From the NCBI GenBank assembly GCA_013265495.1, contig MU058584.1, forward strand, positions 4,656,508 to 4,720,507: a stretch of 64,000 nucleotides of DNA, in the 5' to 3' direction. The translations under genes and the position numbers were made by a program. The stretch is from Vicugna vicugna (taxonomy: Eukaryota). Positions 13,501 to 24,042 of this stretch are shown here, piece after piece. Each line of letters starts with the position of its first letter. Position 1 is the first letter of the stretch. The notes beneath the pieces are model-generated. The model was not told the origin of the DNA, searched no databases, and saw only the letters and a list, made by a program, of their open reading frames with translations.

Positions 13501-14692
13501 CACCAAACCGGAAACGGTGATTACATCCGGATGTGTGACAACGGAAGCAGGCAGTTTCGCTTTTTACTTTTGACACTTTCTGTGTTGAATTCTTTACAGA
13601 AATTATATATCGTTTCATTATTTTAAATATATAGTTTCAAAACAAAAATGCAGTTAAACGTTTGATAAATATATCCAGATACACACAGTAAGGTGTATTG
13701 TCATCTACAGCAAGTATTTGCTGAGCACATTTCATATACTCTTGAGATACGTCAGTGAGCAAAACAGACAAGGTGTCCTGACCTCAAGGAGTTTGCATTC
13801 TAACAAAAATTAGCGCAGGATAAGGAGGAATTGGATGCAGGGGATAAGGGTAGTTTTCAACATTAAATAGGGTGATCAGAGTAAGGCTTATAAAGAATCT
13901 GATACTTGAGCAAAGACCTGAAAGAGGTGATGGAGTTGATCATTCGGATGTCTGAGGAAGTGCATTCTAGACAGATGGATCAGCTAGGGCAAAGAATCTT
14001 GCATCTTCTAAGGAACGAGGGTTATTGCAGATATAATTAGTTAAGATGACAATGAGGTCCTGCTGAAGCAGGGTGGGTCCTTAATTCAATATGACTGTCA
14101 TCCTTTGAATGTCTTCCTTAGACTGCCTTGCATCTTCAAGAAATAGCAAGTAAGCTGGGGTGTCTGGAGCAGGGGGAGCAAGCCAGGGGAGCAGTAGTAG
14201 ATGGGGTCAGACAGGTAAGAGAGAAGAGGGCATTTATATAGGGCCTCATTGGCCATGGTGAGGACTTTGGCTTTTACTGGGAGTAGAGTTGGGACAAATT
14301 TGAGCAGAGGATGACGGCGTCTTGGATCACGATGCTATCAGGGAAGGAGACGAGAAAGAATCAGATTCTGTCTTTGTTTCATAAGCAGAGGTAATAGGAG
14401 TTCCTTACATGTTGACCATGGGGTATAAGAAAAAAAAGAAGCATGAGTGTTGACCCCAGGGCTACTACCCTGAGCAGCAGGAAGGATAGAGTTGCCGTCT
14501 GCTGAGACAGGGAAGCCTGGGGGTGGAGGTAAGTGATGGAGGTTGGAAATTCAGTGTGGACACACGAAGTTTGAGATGTCTATTGGTTATCCAAGTGGGG
14601 ACGTGAAGTAAACAGTTGAAAAGAAGTGTGAGCCCCAGACATGAATCTCAGAATCTTCAGTATGGAGATGGTTTTTAGAGCTATGAGTCTGG

Positions 14693-15193
14693 GTGTGTTC
14701 ATCTCCTAGGGCTGCTATAATAAAATGCCATAAACTGGGTGGCTTAAAACAAAAACAATTGAGTTTAAAACAATCATAGTTTTAAAGGTTAGGCATCCTG
14801 AAACAAAACGTCAGTAGGGACATGTTCTCTTTGACACCGGTACAGGAGGATCCTTCCTGGCCTCTTCCTAGCTTCTGAGGTCTGCTGGCTCCTTGGTGCT
14901 CCTTGGCTTAAAGCTGAAGCACTTCGGTCCGTACTCCATCCTCACGTGGTACCCTCCTGTTGTGTGCCTCCATCTCTGTGTCTCTTCTCCTCTTCAAAAG
15001 ACAACTGTCAAAGGAAAAAAAAAAGACAACTGTCATATTGAATTAAGGACCCACCCTACTCCAGCAGGACCTCATCTTCATCTTAACTAATTACATCTCC
15101 AATAACCCTGGTACCAAATAAGGTCACGTTCTGAGGTACTGGGTTTAAGGCTTCAACATTACCCTTTGTGGGGACAAAGTTCAACCCATAACA
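14693..15193 (-). mobile_element. MaLR LTR (MLT1B/C-like) inserted in L2
   Basis: ctagggctgctataataaaatgccataaactgggtggcttaaaac ... ttctgaggtactggg ... ttcaacccataaca. Confidence 0.8.
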
Positions 15194-15892
15194 CTGAGGA
15201 CGATATCACCGAGGGAGTGAGTGAAGGCAGAGAAGGGGACCCAGGACTGAGCCCTGGTGCACAGCAACCCTGAGGGATTGAGAAAACGAAGGCCGGTTAA
15301 AGGAGGCTGAGGCATCAGGTGTCCTGGACGCCAAGGGGAGAAAGAGAAAGCACGTCTCGGAGGAGGGAGAGGTCAGCCGCTCACGGGTCGAGGACGAAAA
15401 GGGCTTGAGAATCTTTGCACTTCGTAGAGGTTTCTCTTGACCCTGACGGGTGCATTTCGGAGGAGTGTGTGGGCCAAAGCCTGATCGGAGTGAGTTCAAG
15501 AGTGACTGGGAGGAGAGAAATTAGGTGAGTATAGAAACTCATTTGAGGAATTTTGAAGCAAAGATATCAAGTGTTGCTGGCTCAGGAAATGGAATATGGA
15601 GTTTTCTTTTTCCCTCTTTCTTTCTTAAATAGGAACAGAAAGAGCATGTTTTTTACACTGATAGGAATAATCAAGTAGAATGAAAACAAACTGATGTAGG
15701 AGGAGAGAGAGGGGAGAATTGGTGGAGAAATGCCCTTGAGTGGAGGAGGAACCCGGTGCATAAGGGGGGTTGGCGGGTTGGCGCGGGGAGGTGGGGAGGG
15801 CAGGTCGTCCGGGGCAAGTCCCCAGACCCGGCTATGGTGCACGTGGTGGTGGGAGTTTGCAGACATTTGCTTTGGAGTGATTCGATTTTCTT

Positions 15893-16033
15893 TTCTTCTT
15901 TTTTTTTTTTTTTAAGGGAAGAGGTAACTAGGTTTATTTGTTTGCTTACTTTTAAGTGGAGGTACTGGGGATTGAACCCTGTACCTTGTGCCTGCGAGGC
16001 AGGCACTATTACCACTGAGTTATTTCTTCCCCC
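15893..16033 (-). mobile_element. Vic-1-like SINE, antisense
   Basis: Reverse-complement B box ggggattgaaccc, T-tail on the left; TSD tYgattttctt (15882-15892 / 16034-16044). Confidence 0.87.
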
Positions 16034-16250
16034 TTGATTTTCTTAATGAAGCAGGTAAAAGTCTAAAATTGAGATTGAGAGTTGCGGATAAGAAAAACAG
16101 TCGTGAATGTATCATCCAGGAGAGCATGTGAAGGAGCAGTCTGGAGAAGTGGTGTGTGATTGTGGGAGAACCTGAAGGGTTCGTTAGTTTCATGATGTGA
16201 ATTTAAAGTGGAGCCTCTTAGGGTGGCTGTTTTTATTCAGGTTTAGATAC

Positions 16251-16678
16251 CGTTGTGGGACATGGGACGGGCTGGTGAGCCGGTGATGGGCAGGTGACGC
16301 GGTGACTCAGGTTGGTAAGAGAATTTACCAGAGATGAAGGGGGAGAATAGTAAAGGAGTTTATTGGGGTGCGCTATTACAGACAAGAGCGGGCCACACAG
16401 ACGAGAGGTGCCCATGTGAGCCCCGAGGGTCGGTGTTGGAGTTTATTTATAAGGTCAGGTCACAAGGTGCCTGATCAGCTTGTGCACAGGTCTCTGATTG
16501 GTTATAGGTGAGGTAAGAAGTTTAGGGTCCATGAAGTGCTGAGAGGTCTGTGATTCTGATAAAGTGGGCTGCAACAAGCCAGCCTGCACTCTTGTGAGAT
16601 TAGGCATTACCTGGGCTATTTGTTTGTTAGGGCAGACACGCCCAGTAAAGAATGTACTTTATCTGCTGAGGGACCACA
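16251..16678 (-). mobile_element. Solo ERV LTR (boundaries approximate)
   Basis: Minus-strand order CCAAT (16497-16501), TATAAATAAA (16442-16451), AATAAA (16359-16364); CpG-retaining; interrupts L2-like sequence. Confidence 0.6.
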
Positions 16679-16878
16679 GGCAGACATCAGAGAGCCCAGG
16701 AATGGGTGTCATTGGACTTTGAAGAATGTCAGTTGGCCCCACAGATGCAAAGTATTTCATCAAATCCAAGATGTTACTGACAGTAAGATACATTATGATT
16801 TCAGAGATGTTAGAAGGTGGAAAATACTTTTAAAACTGTGGCTTAAAACACACATGATGAAACATATCCATATATCCC

Positions 16879-16967
16879 TATATATATATATGTGTGTATG
16901 TATGTTTGTATGTATGTATAGGTACCAACATACATACAGTGCAACACACACACACACACACACACAC
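16879..16967. repeat. Compound microsatellite (TA)n-(TATG)n-(CA)n
   Basis: Read directly; (CA) run at 16944-16967. Confidence 0.85.
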
Positions 16968-17419
16968 TGTACATATACCCCAGCTCCATCCTAAGCCAAG
17001 TTTCTGGACCCTTTCACTAAGGAGACCCTGTGACCCCCCTTGAACGCCCTGATTTAAGGCCTGCCTAGGTCTTTCTGTTCATTCAAACAGATTTCCACCA
17101 TATTGCTAAGTGAAATTGTTTTTTTCTACCATACAATTTATTAGCTTTCCTAAGGAAGTCACTATTACGATGTTATCAGTCATCACTCAGGTTATGACTG
17201 GAGTGCAAACCCTGGATTCCCAGGGCAGTGAGTGGCCTTCCAGTCCCTGCCAGAAAGTCCTTGGCAACCATTCAAGACAACCAGGATTAACTGTTTCCGC
17301 CCTCTTCAGTTTGGCTCCCCTTGAATATGAAGGATTCTGCCAGCCTCAACTCTGGTGGTCCACCTAGGTATGGGAGGCAGAGGTGGGGAATTCAAAAACC
17401 TTGATCTCCCGGTCCCCAA

Positions 17420-17850
17420 ATCTGGGTTCCAGCCAGACCTAGGTCTCCCATTGACAAAATGCAAACGAGTAATTCCGTTCTTTCCTCAGCTCAGTTTTCT
17501 CCAGTTCAGTATGGAGATAGTAATAACCTACATGAGGGTTTTCCTGAGAGTCAAATGTCATGTACAAGTGGTTTGAAACCTGAAAACTCTGGGGTTAGAC
17601 AGCCTGGGCTGAAGCACCATCACTTAGTGACTGAGTATCTTTGGGCAAGTTACTCCCTTTTGCTCTCCCTCAGCCTGATTTTCCTCCCTTGAAAAATGAG
17701 TATGATAACAGGACCTATTTCATAGAGTTGTGATGAGGATTAAATAATATAATGCCTGTAAAATGCCTAGAATTTAGCAAGCTCTAGTTAAAGCTCTGTT
17801 AGTTAAATTTAGCTATTATCATCCATTTTATTATTACTATTATTATCATT
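17420..17850 (+). mobile_element. MIR SINE fragments (representative; further MIR pieces at about 4890-5060, 7930-8090, 11850-11970, 25240-25440, 30340-30545, 44530-44720, 45245-45470, 61950-62090)
   Basis: MIR core motifs ttgggcaagttact..cctcagtttcctcatctgtaaaatgg-like..acctatttcatagagttgtgatgaggattaaat. Confidence 0.7.
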
Positions 17851-17999
17851 GCTATATTAGAATCTGTCTTAAACTGGAATGTACTGAATAGGAATATAAA
17901 AGATTATAATAATTTTCACCATTATAATGACTCTCCCCAGAAAATAGCATATATGGAAAAGTTTTTGCCTGGGAGATGATTTAAGGGTTTGTGTGTACA

Positions 18000-18362
18000 T
18001 GAAGTAAGCCGGAAAAGAAAGAAAAATACCATATGATATCACTGATACATGGAATCAAAAAAAAAAAAAAGACAAGTATATTTATTTGCAAAACAGGAAC
18101 AGACTCACAGACATAGAAAACAAACTGGGGGGAAGTGGGTGGGAAGGGATAAATTGCGAGTTTGAGATTTGCAGATACTAACTACTATATGTAAAATAGA
18201 TACACAAGTTTCTACTGTTCAGGCAACTATATTCAATATCATGTAGTAACCTATAAGGAACAAGAATATGAAAACCAATATATTTATGTATATGGATGAC
18301 TGAACTATTTTGCTGCACAGAAATTGACACAACACTGTAAACTGACTATACTTTAAAAAAAA
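18000..18362 (+). mobile_element. L1 3' end, lineage-specific type
   Basis: gaagtaagcc..gaaaaataccatatgatatcact..acagactcacagacatagaaaacaaact..actgactatactt then A-tail. Confidence 0.85.
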
Positions 18363-19639
18363 TTTTGTGTAAAGGGGAAATCCTAGATGAATCAGAGCTC
18401 TAAACATCAACAATCAAATCCAAATAACTTCTAGAAAAAAATAAGAATTAATTCCTCTATAAGTGGGAAAAACTTTCCTAACTATGACGTCATTTCCAGA
18501 AGCAATAATAATAAAAAACATAAATTTGACTACAGAATTGAAAAAATTTTTTTTCTGAAAAATCGCCGAAAGCAAAGTCAAAGGAAAAAAATGATAAACT
18601 CGGAAAAAAATATTTGCAACTTAATGTCACAAAGGAATATGTGACAATTAGGATCCTGGCAGGAAACAGAATTCACTCCCAAATGGCTCAAATAAAGATA
18701 TTTTAATTAAGAGATTACATGCAGAGCTATGGTCAGGGTAAAGGAAACAGCTAGGGTTGTGACCTTCCCAGAGACAAGTAGCATCAGAATGTCCTTAGCT
18801 CCCCTAGAGCTAAAGAGACAGGGGAGGAAATAATGTTATCACAGCCCACTAGGAGCCAAACTATTGAGAAAGAACTGCTCCAGAGAGCTTTATCAGGAGA
18901 GATGTAGTCACTGCAGAACCAGGAAGACAAAGGGGAAAACAGCTCAGCCTCTCTCTCATCCCACCCTTTATTCTTCTGCCTATATCTCCCATTGGCCACA
19001 CTCAACCAGAAACTGCTATTAAGGGAGTCTGGGTGACGGAATATGTAAAGGTCAACCTCCCAGGGGAACACCCAGAGGGCTGGCTGGGATGTGGCAAACA
19101 GACAGTAACCAGCGCAGGCTAGTATCTCTAATATGTGAAGAGCTGTTAAAAATTCAGAAGCAAAATACCAAGCACTTAATTAAAAATGGGCCCATGATGA
19201 AGACAGGTCACAGAGGAAGAAATGTGAAGTGCCCCATACTCATATGAAAAGATGCTCAGTTTTACCCCTAATAACTGAAATGCAAATTAAAACTACTTTT
19301 GGACCAAGTGTTGACGAGGACGTGAAGCAACCAGTACTCACACACACTGCTGTTGGGAGCATAAACTGGTACAACGACTTTGCAAAAATGCATACCATTG
19401 TCTGCTAACCCTAAGCATACATACCTTATGACTTGGCAATCCCACTTATAGCAAAAATGTGTACATATGTTCACAAAAGACATGTATTGGAATGTTCATA
19501 GCAGCATTGTTTATAATAGCCCCAAACTAGAAACTACCTAGGGGCCCATTAATAACAGTATGCACAGTAAATTATAAAATATTTACACAATGGAATACTA
19601 CGCAGTGGTAAGAATGAATGACTTCCAACCTCACATAAC

Positions 19640-19842
19640 TGTTGGGTGAAATATAAAATGCACAACCTGAGAGCTGTAAGTTTTAGTTTTATTTGGAGAC
19701 CTTACTGAGAACTATAGCCAAGAAGGCAGCTCCTTAATAGCTCTGAGGAACTGGGGAGAAGCCAGTACTTAATGAATTTTTTGGCTGGGAAATACATGGA
19801 GCCAAGCATACATCTTGGTAAAAGATACTGTTAATCACAAGA
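19640..19842 (-). mobile_element. Truncated ERV LTR fragment
   Basis: tgttgggtgaaatataaaatgcacaacctgagagctgtaagttttagttttattt resembles artiodactyl ERV1 LTR ends; ends abruptly. Confidence 0.55.
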
Positions 19843-20269
19843 AGGGGGAGTGGGGAAGGTATAGCTCAGTGGTAGAGTCTACAAACCATTATGGAATGGC
19901 CACCAAGATATATTGTTAAGCTAAAAAAGCAAGGTGCAGGATTATTTATTATATGTTTTCTTTTGTGTGAGAAAGGGAAAGCATATGAATATGTAGGTAT
20001 TTGCTTATATTTTTAAAACTATTTTTTAAATGGAAAAACAAATCCACAGCTAACAGAAAAGGTGGTTTCCAATAAAGAAAAGGGAGAAACAGGTAAAGGA
20101 AACAGAGAAGAAAGCAGTATTTCTGGAATTGTTATGGTTGTGCAATTTTGGCTTTGAAACTAAGTATATCTTACAAAATTGAAGAGAGCTAACTCAAAGA
20201 AGAATAGAAACTAACCCATAAAAACTGAAGACAAACGTAAAAAATATTTCAAGTTGGTGGCATAAAAAC

Positions 20270-20862
20270 TTGATTAGATTTCTAGCGCTGCATAACAGAT
20301 TACCACACATTTAACAGCTTAAAAGCAACTATTTTTTGTCTCATAGTTTAGGAAGAAGCCTACGTAAGCTCAGCTGGGTTCTCTGCTCAAGGGCCCATAA
20401 TGCCAAAATCAAGGTGTTGGCCAAGCTGGGTTCTTATCAGAGGCTCTGGGAGAGAATCTACTCCAAGCTCATTCAAGTTGCTAGCAGAATTCAGTTCCTT
20501 GTCATTGTGGGACTGAGGTCCCCACTTCCTTGTGCGCTGTCATTCAAGGGCTCTCTCTGCTTCTGGAGGATGCAGGCAGCCTCTGTCTTCAGATCTGCTG
20601 AAGCATGTCAAGTCCTCTTCACACTCTGATTCTCTCTGGCTTCCCCTTAAGTCCCCTTTCAGCCACACAGAGCTCATTGCTTTTCAGGGCTCATATGATT
20701 AGGTCAGACCTAACTGGATAATATCCCTATTTTTAAGTCCAGTATGCCCTATAACATAACATAGCATAACATAATCACAAGCTTGATAGCTCATCTTTCT
20801 TACAGGTCCAGGGATTAAGGTGGGACGTCTTCGTGAAGCCATCTTCCTTTGAATTCTGCCAC
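20270..20862 (-). mobile_element. MaLR LTR (MLT1E/D-like) within an old L1 3' UTR
   Basis: gctgcataacagattaccacacatttaacagcttaaaa..aatcaaggtgttggcc..ccaagctcattcaagttgctagcagaattcagttcct. Confidence 0.7.
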
Positions 20863-23307
20863 AACAAAAAAGAGAAAGAGTTTCAAGTGAGTTTAGAGGA
20901 TAGTATTTTGACTGTACTTCCTTAGTGGAATGTTCAAAAGACAAAAAGAATTCTGTAAAAATGTTTTAATTTCATTCAGTCCTTTTATGTCAGTGGCAAT
21001 TTGGTATTGTTGTTTGAAACAATTATACCTATTATGTAGGAAAAAGCAAATAAATAATTACATTCATGTTGTGGGAACTGAGATTTTTGTGACAAGAAAG
21101 AGATCAAGTAAAAAATTGAAGAGGTTAAGCAAAAACCTTCAAAGAGTAATTTGAATTGGAAATGTCAGTATGAATTCATGAGTTTTCCTCTTAAAAAGTC
21201 TATTTTCTAACTCAATCCACTCAAAAGGCATAAAGAAATGACAGCCCAGAAGCAGTGAGCACTTTCGTAGCAATGAATACCCTTAGCAACCAGATGTGGT
21301 CTCAAAATACTATTTCTCATTAAAAGGAACTAAGATTCTGCAGAAATAGCTTATTGTTCTGGACCAGGAAATGTATAAAATGGGTCTGGAATATCTTCTC
21401 GAACAGGAAAAGAAAAAATATCTCGAAGACCAGTGAAATCATTTCAAAAAGATACAAGAACCAATCTAAAGGGACAATTTGAGCACCAGAAAGAATAATG
21501 ATTGCAATGGATTAGAACATATACAACACAGAAAAGCTTTTGAGTTTATAGTTATTTAAAAAAAATCTATTCGTCACCATTGGCGATCACTAGGTAACCA
21601 ACTCATTTCTCTGAAAAATTAATAAATGAAAGGAAGAAATCAAACATTTATTTCACCTTTTTTATAAGAATTACATTTCAGTGTAACCAAAGAGTAGGCG
21701 AGGGAAAGTTCTTGATAGTAAACTTCCAGCAAATAAATGCACAAGAAAGAACAGAATTTTAAAGTCACCGTTTTTCAACACTTAATGAAATGATGGTTTT
21801 TTCATTATTTCAATGAATGCCAATAATGATAACAATCATCAATGGATACTAAAATCATTAGGTGAATGGTTGATGGACAATTGGTCAATATTACTATCAC
21901 ACACAAAAAAATGGGATGCAATAATAAGTGCACAGCACCATCCAGAAATTCTTGCATAAATGTTACAATGGGGGAAGGATGATGAGAAGGAGGAAAAGAG
22001 GGGCCAAAAAATGGCTATGCTAAGCTTTAAGCAATAATTACTGGCTTAGCTGACCGCCAGCTGAGAAAAAAGACCCAATGGAATAGGAGACAAAGTCAGG
22101 AACATTACCAATGCTTTTCCACCTACCTTACAATTTTTTCCTTGAGTAGATTTTTGTCTCCACTGTTCATTGTCAGCTTGCTGCAGTGCTAATTTCAAGT
22201 TGCCTCTTAGCAATTGCCTTTGGCCAGCAATGGAGTATAAATCCAGAGTACACGGAAAGTATCTTGTCAGATTAAAATGTTAGTCCTTGAGGACCAGTCC
22301 ACTGCAGGGTGGAGAAAATAATTTTTCTTTCAATAAAAATCTGAACCACCTGAGAAGGCAAAGATGTGTTTTATTACGGAAATTTAATTTGCTGAGTTTT
22401 AGAACTCAATATCCATTGAGTTGCTAGCATATTAAATGCATACCTTTCTATTCTTATTATCACTGTCTTTCAAATATATATATATATCTCACCTCATGCA
22501 TGGCCCTTTGATGGAAAAATTATGATGTAAATGGCAGTCCTCAGGTTAGGAGTCAAAAGATGAGGGTTCTGATCCTAACCCTATCCCCAAACTGCTGATA
22601 GTTGTGACTCCGCAGTGAAACGGGCATTAGGAGTCAAGTCAGAAGCCAGCAAGGGAAGAGGTTGAAGAGACCAAGACTTCAAGTACTGACAGTCACAGAA
22701 TCCTCTAAGAAGGCTAAAGAAACACCTGTGAGGCTGGTGTGGGAGGACCAGAGATCTTCCCCCCGGACCAGTGGAGGGAGAGTTGGAGGTCAGGGTGGCT
22801 ACTGAGGAAAAGCTCCCCAGGGAGGAGAGGCAGGAGCTGGGAGAATCCTGCCCAGGTCATGCCAAGAGAGATAATTAAGAGTTAAGTGTTGGGAAGCAGT
22901 GAGGTTCCTGCTAACCCTCACATCACGGCCAATTTAATTTTATCTTTGGTTTGTTTCTGCAGATGGGGAAGGAGAGGGTAAAGGCTATGCCCTGTCCGCT
23001 GTCTCAGTCAAGACAGCTAAGACTAGGTTTAGTCAACTTCAACTCAGAAACCACATTTGCTGTTTGGAGTATCTTTTCTTTATTTCTTTTTATTTTCCCT
23101 TGGTTTGTTCGGGGATAGTCTTTTGAAAATACCCATGACGCTTGTTTCTATTTAAAAAGTTGGAAAAGAGAAAAGACATTTTTCTCTTCCCTCAGGCCAG
23201 GGGAGCAGAGGGCCCCTAGTGGCCAATGCTGGAGCTGCAGCAACCCCAGCCCAAGACCTGGCGGGCCTGGGAGGTGGATCTGGTGTGTGCAAATTAGAAA
23301 GGGGCGT

Positions 23308-23480
23308 TTGGAGAGGCAGGGGGAGAGGGAAGGGGAGAGAAAGGGATAGGGAGAGGGGGAAGGAGGGAGACTGGGAGACAGGGAGGGTCTGGGAGGGAGA
23401 AACTGGGAAGAGAGATCGGGAGGGAGCGTTGGGAGGACCAGAGTAAAGAACAAAAAAGGGAACAAAAGAAAAGAATGAAG
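23308..23480 (+). repeat. Low-complexity purine-rich (GA/GGGA) tract
   Basis: About 170 bp that is almost all A/G, with many GGG runs. Confidence 0.85.
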
Positions 23481-23560
23481 AAATGCCAATATAGGCTTCT
23501 AAAACATATGGTATATTCAATATTTCCTTTTAGTAAATAAATATTTTTAATAATCTCCAA

Positions 23561-24042
23561 TGTGATGCTGAGGTGGGAAGCCCCATAAAAAAGACTGGCA
23601 GGATCCCTAAGCAGGGCCACTACTCTCCTGCATCCAGTTTCCTGGCCCAGAAGCTCTATCTCACTTTTTGCCTCTAAAAGGGCTTACTTCTAGGAAAGTG
23701 GAACTTACCCCTAAAATTCTATTGGTTCCCTGAGCTCACTCCTGATTGGTTATTTCACTCCCTCCTGATTGGTCCGTTTCTACAAAGTTTGTTCCTAATT
23801 AGTCAACTTTTGTTATACCTTATTTGCATATGATGTTGCAAAGTGTAAACTGGCAGCCTAAAAAAGCCTGGGTAAACGTACAGATGGGTCGAGAGCTTGG
23901 AGTGTTAACTCCTCTGGGCCGGCTGGCATAATAAATCTGAGTTCAACTCTCCGAGTGCTGCTTGGTCTCTTGCCCAGATCCAGGTTGCTGTCATAATTAA
24001 GCTGTAACACTGAGCTGTCACACATTTTTCTGCAACATTTCA
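23561..24042 (+). mobile_element. Solo ERV LTR with intact promoter-like motifs
   Basis: TG..CA ends; three ATTGG boxes (23721, 23745, 23768), octamer ATTTGCAT 23822, TATA-like cctaaaaaag ~23857, AATAAA 23930, U5-like end. Confidence 0.7.

Larger units (their letters stand above)
13700..16210 (+). mobile_element. Long degraded L2 LINE, interrupted by MLT1 and SINE insertions
   Basis: caagtatttgctgagcac..cctgacctcaaggagtttgcattct..ggactttggcttttact..aagtttgagatgtctattggttatccaagtgg, typical L2 motifs (strand as read; antisense to the L2 ORF). Confidence 0.7.

Noticed and set aside
22910..22983. Branch point, pyrimidine tract and CAG followed by a 15-nt microexon-like segment and GTAAAG
   Set aside because: Isolated in intergenic DNA with no partner exons or coding signal; such motifs arise by chance.
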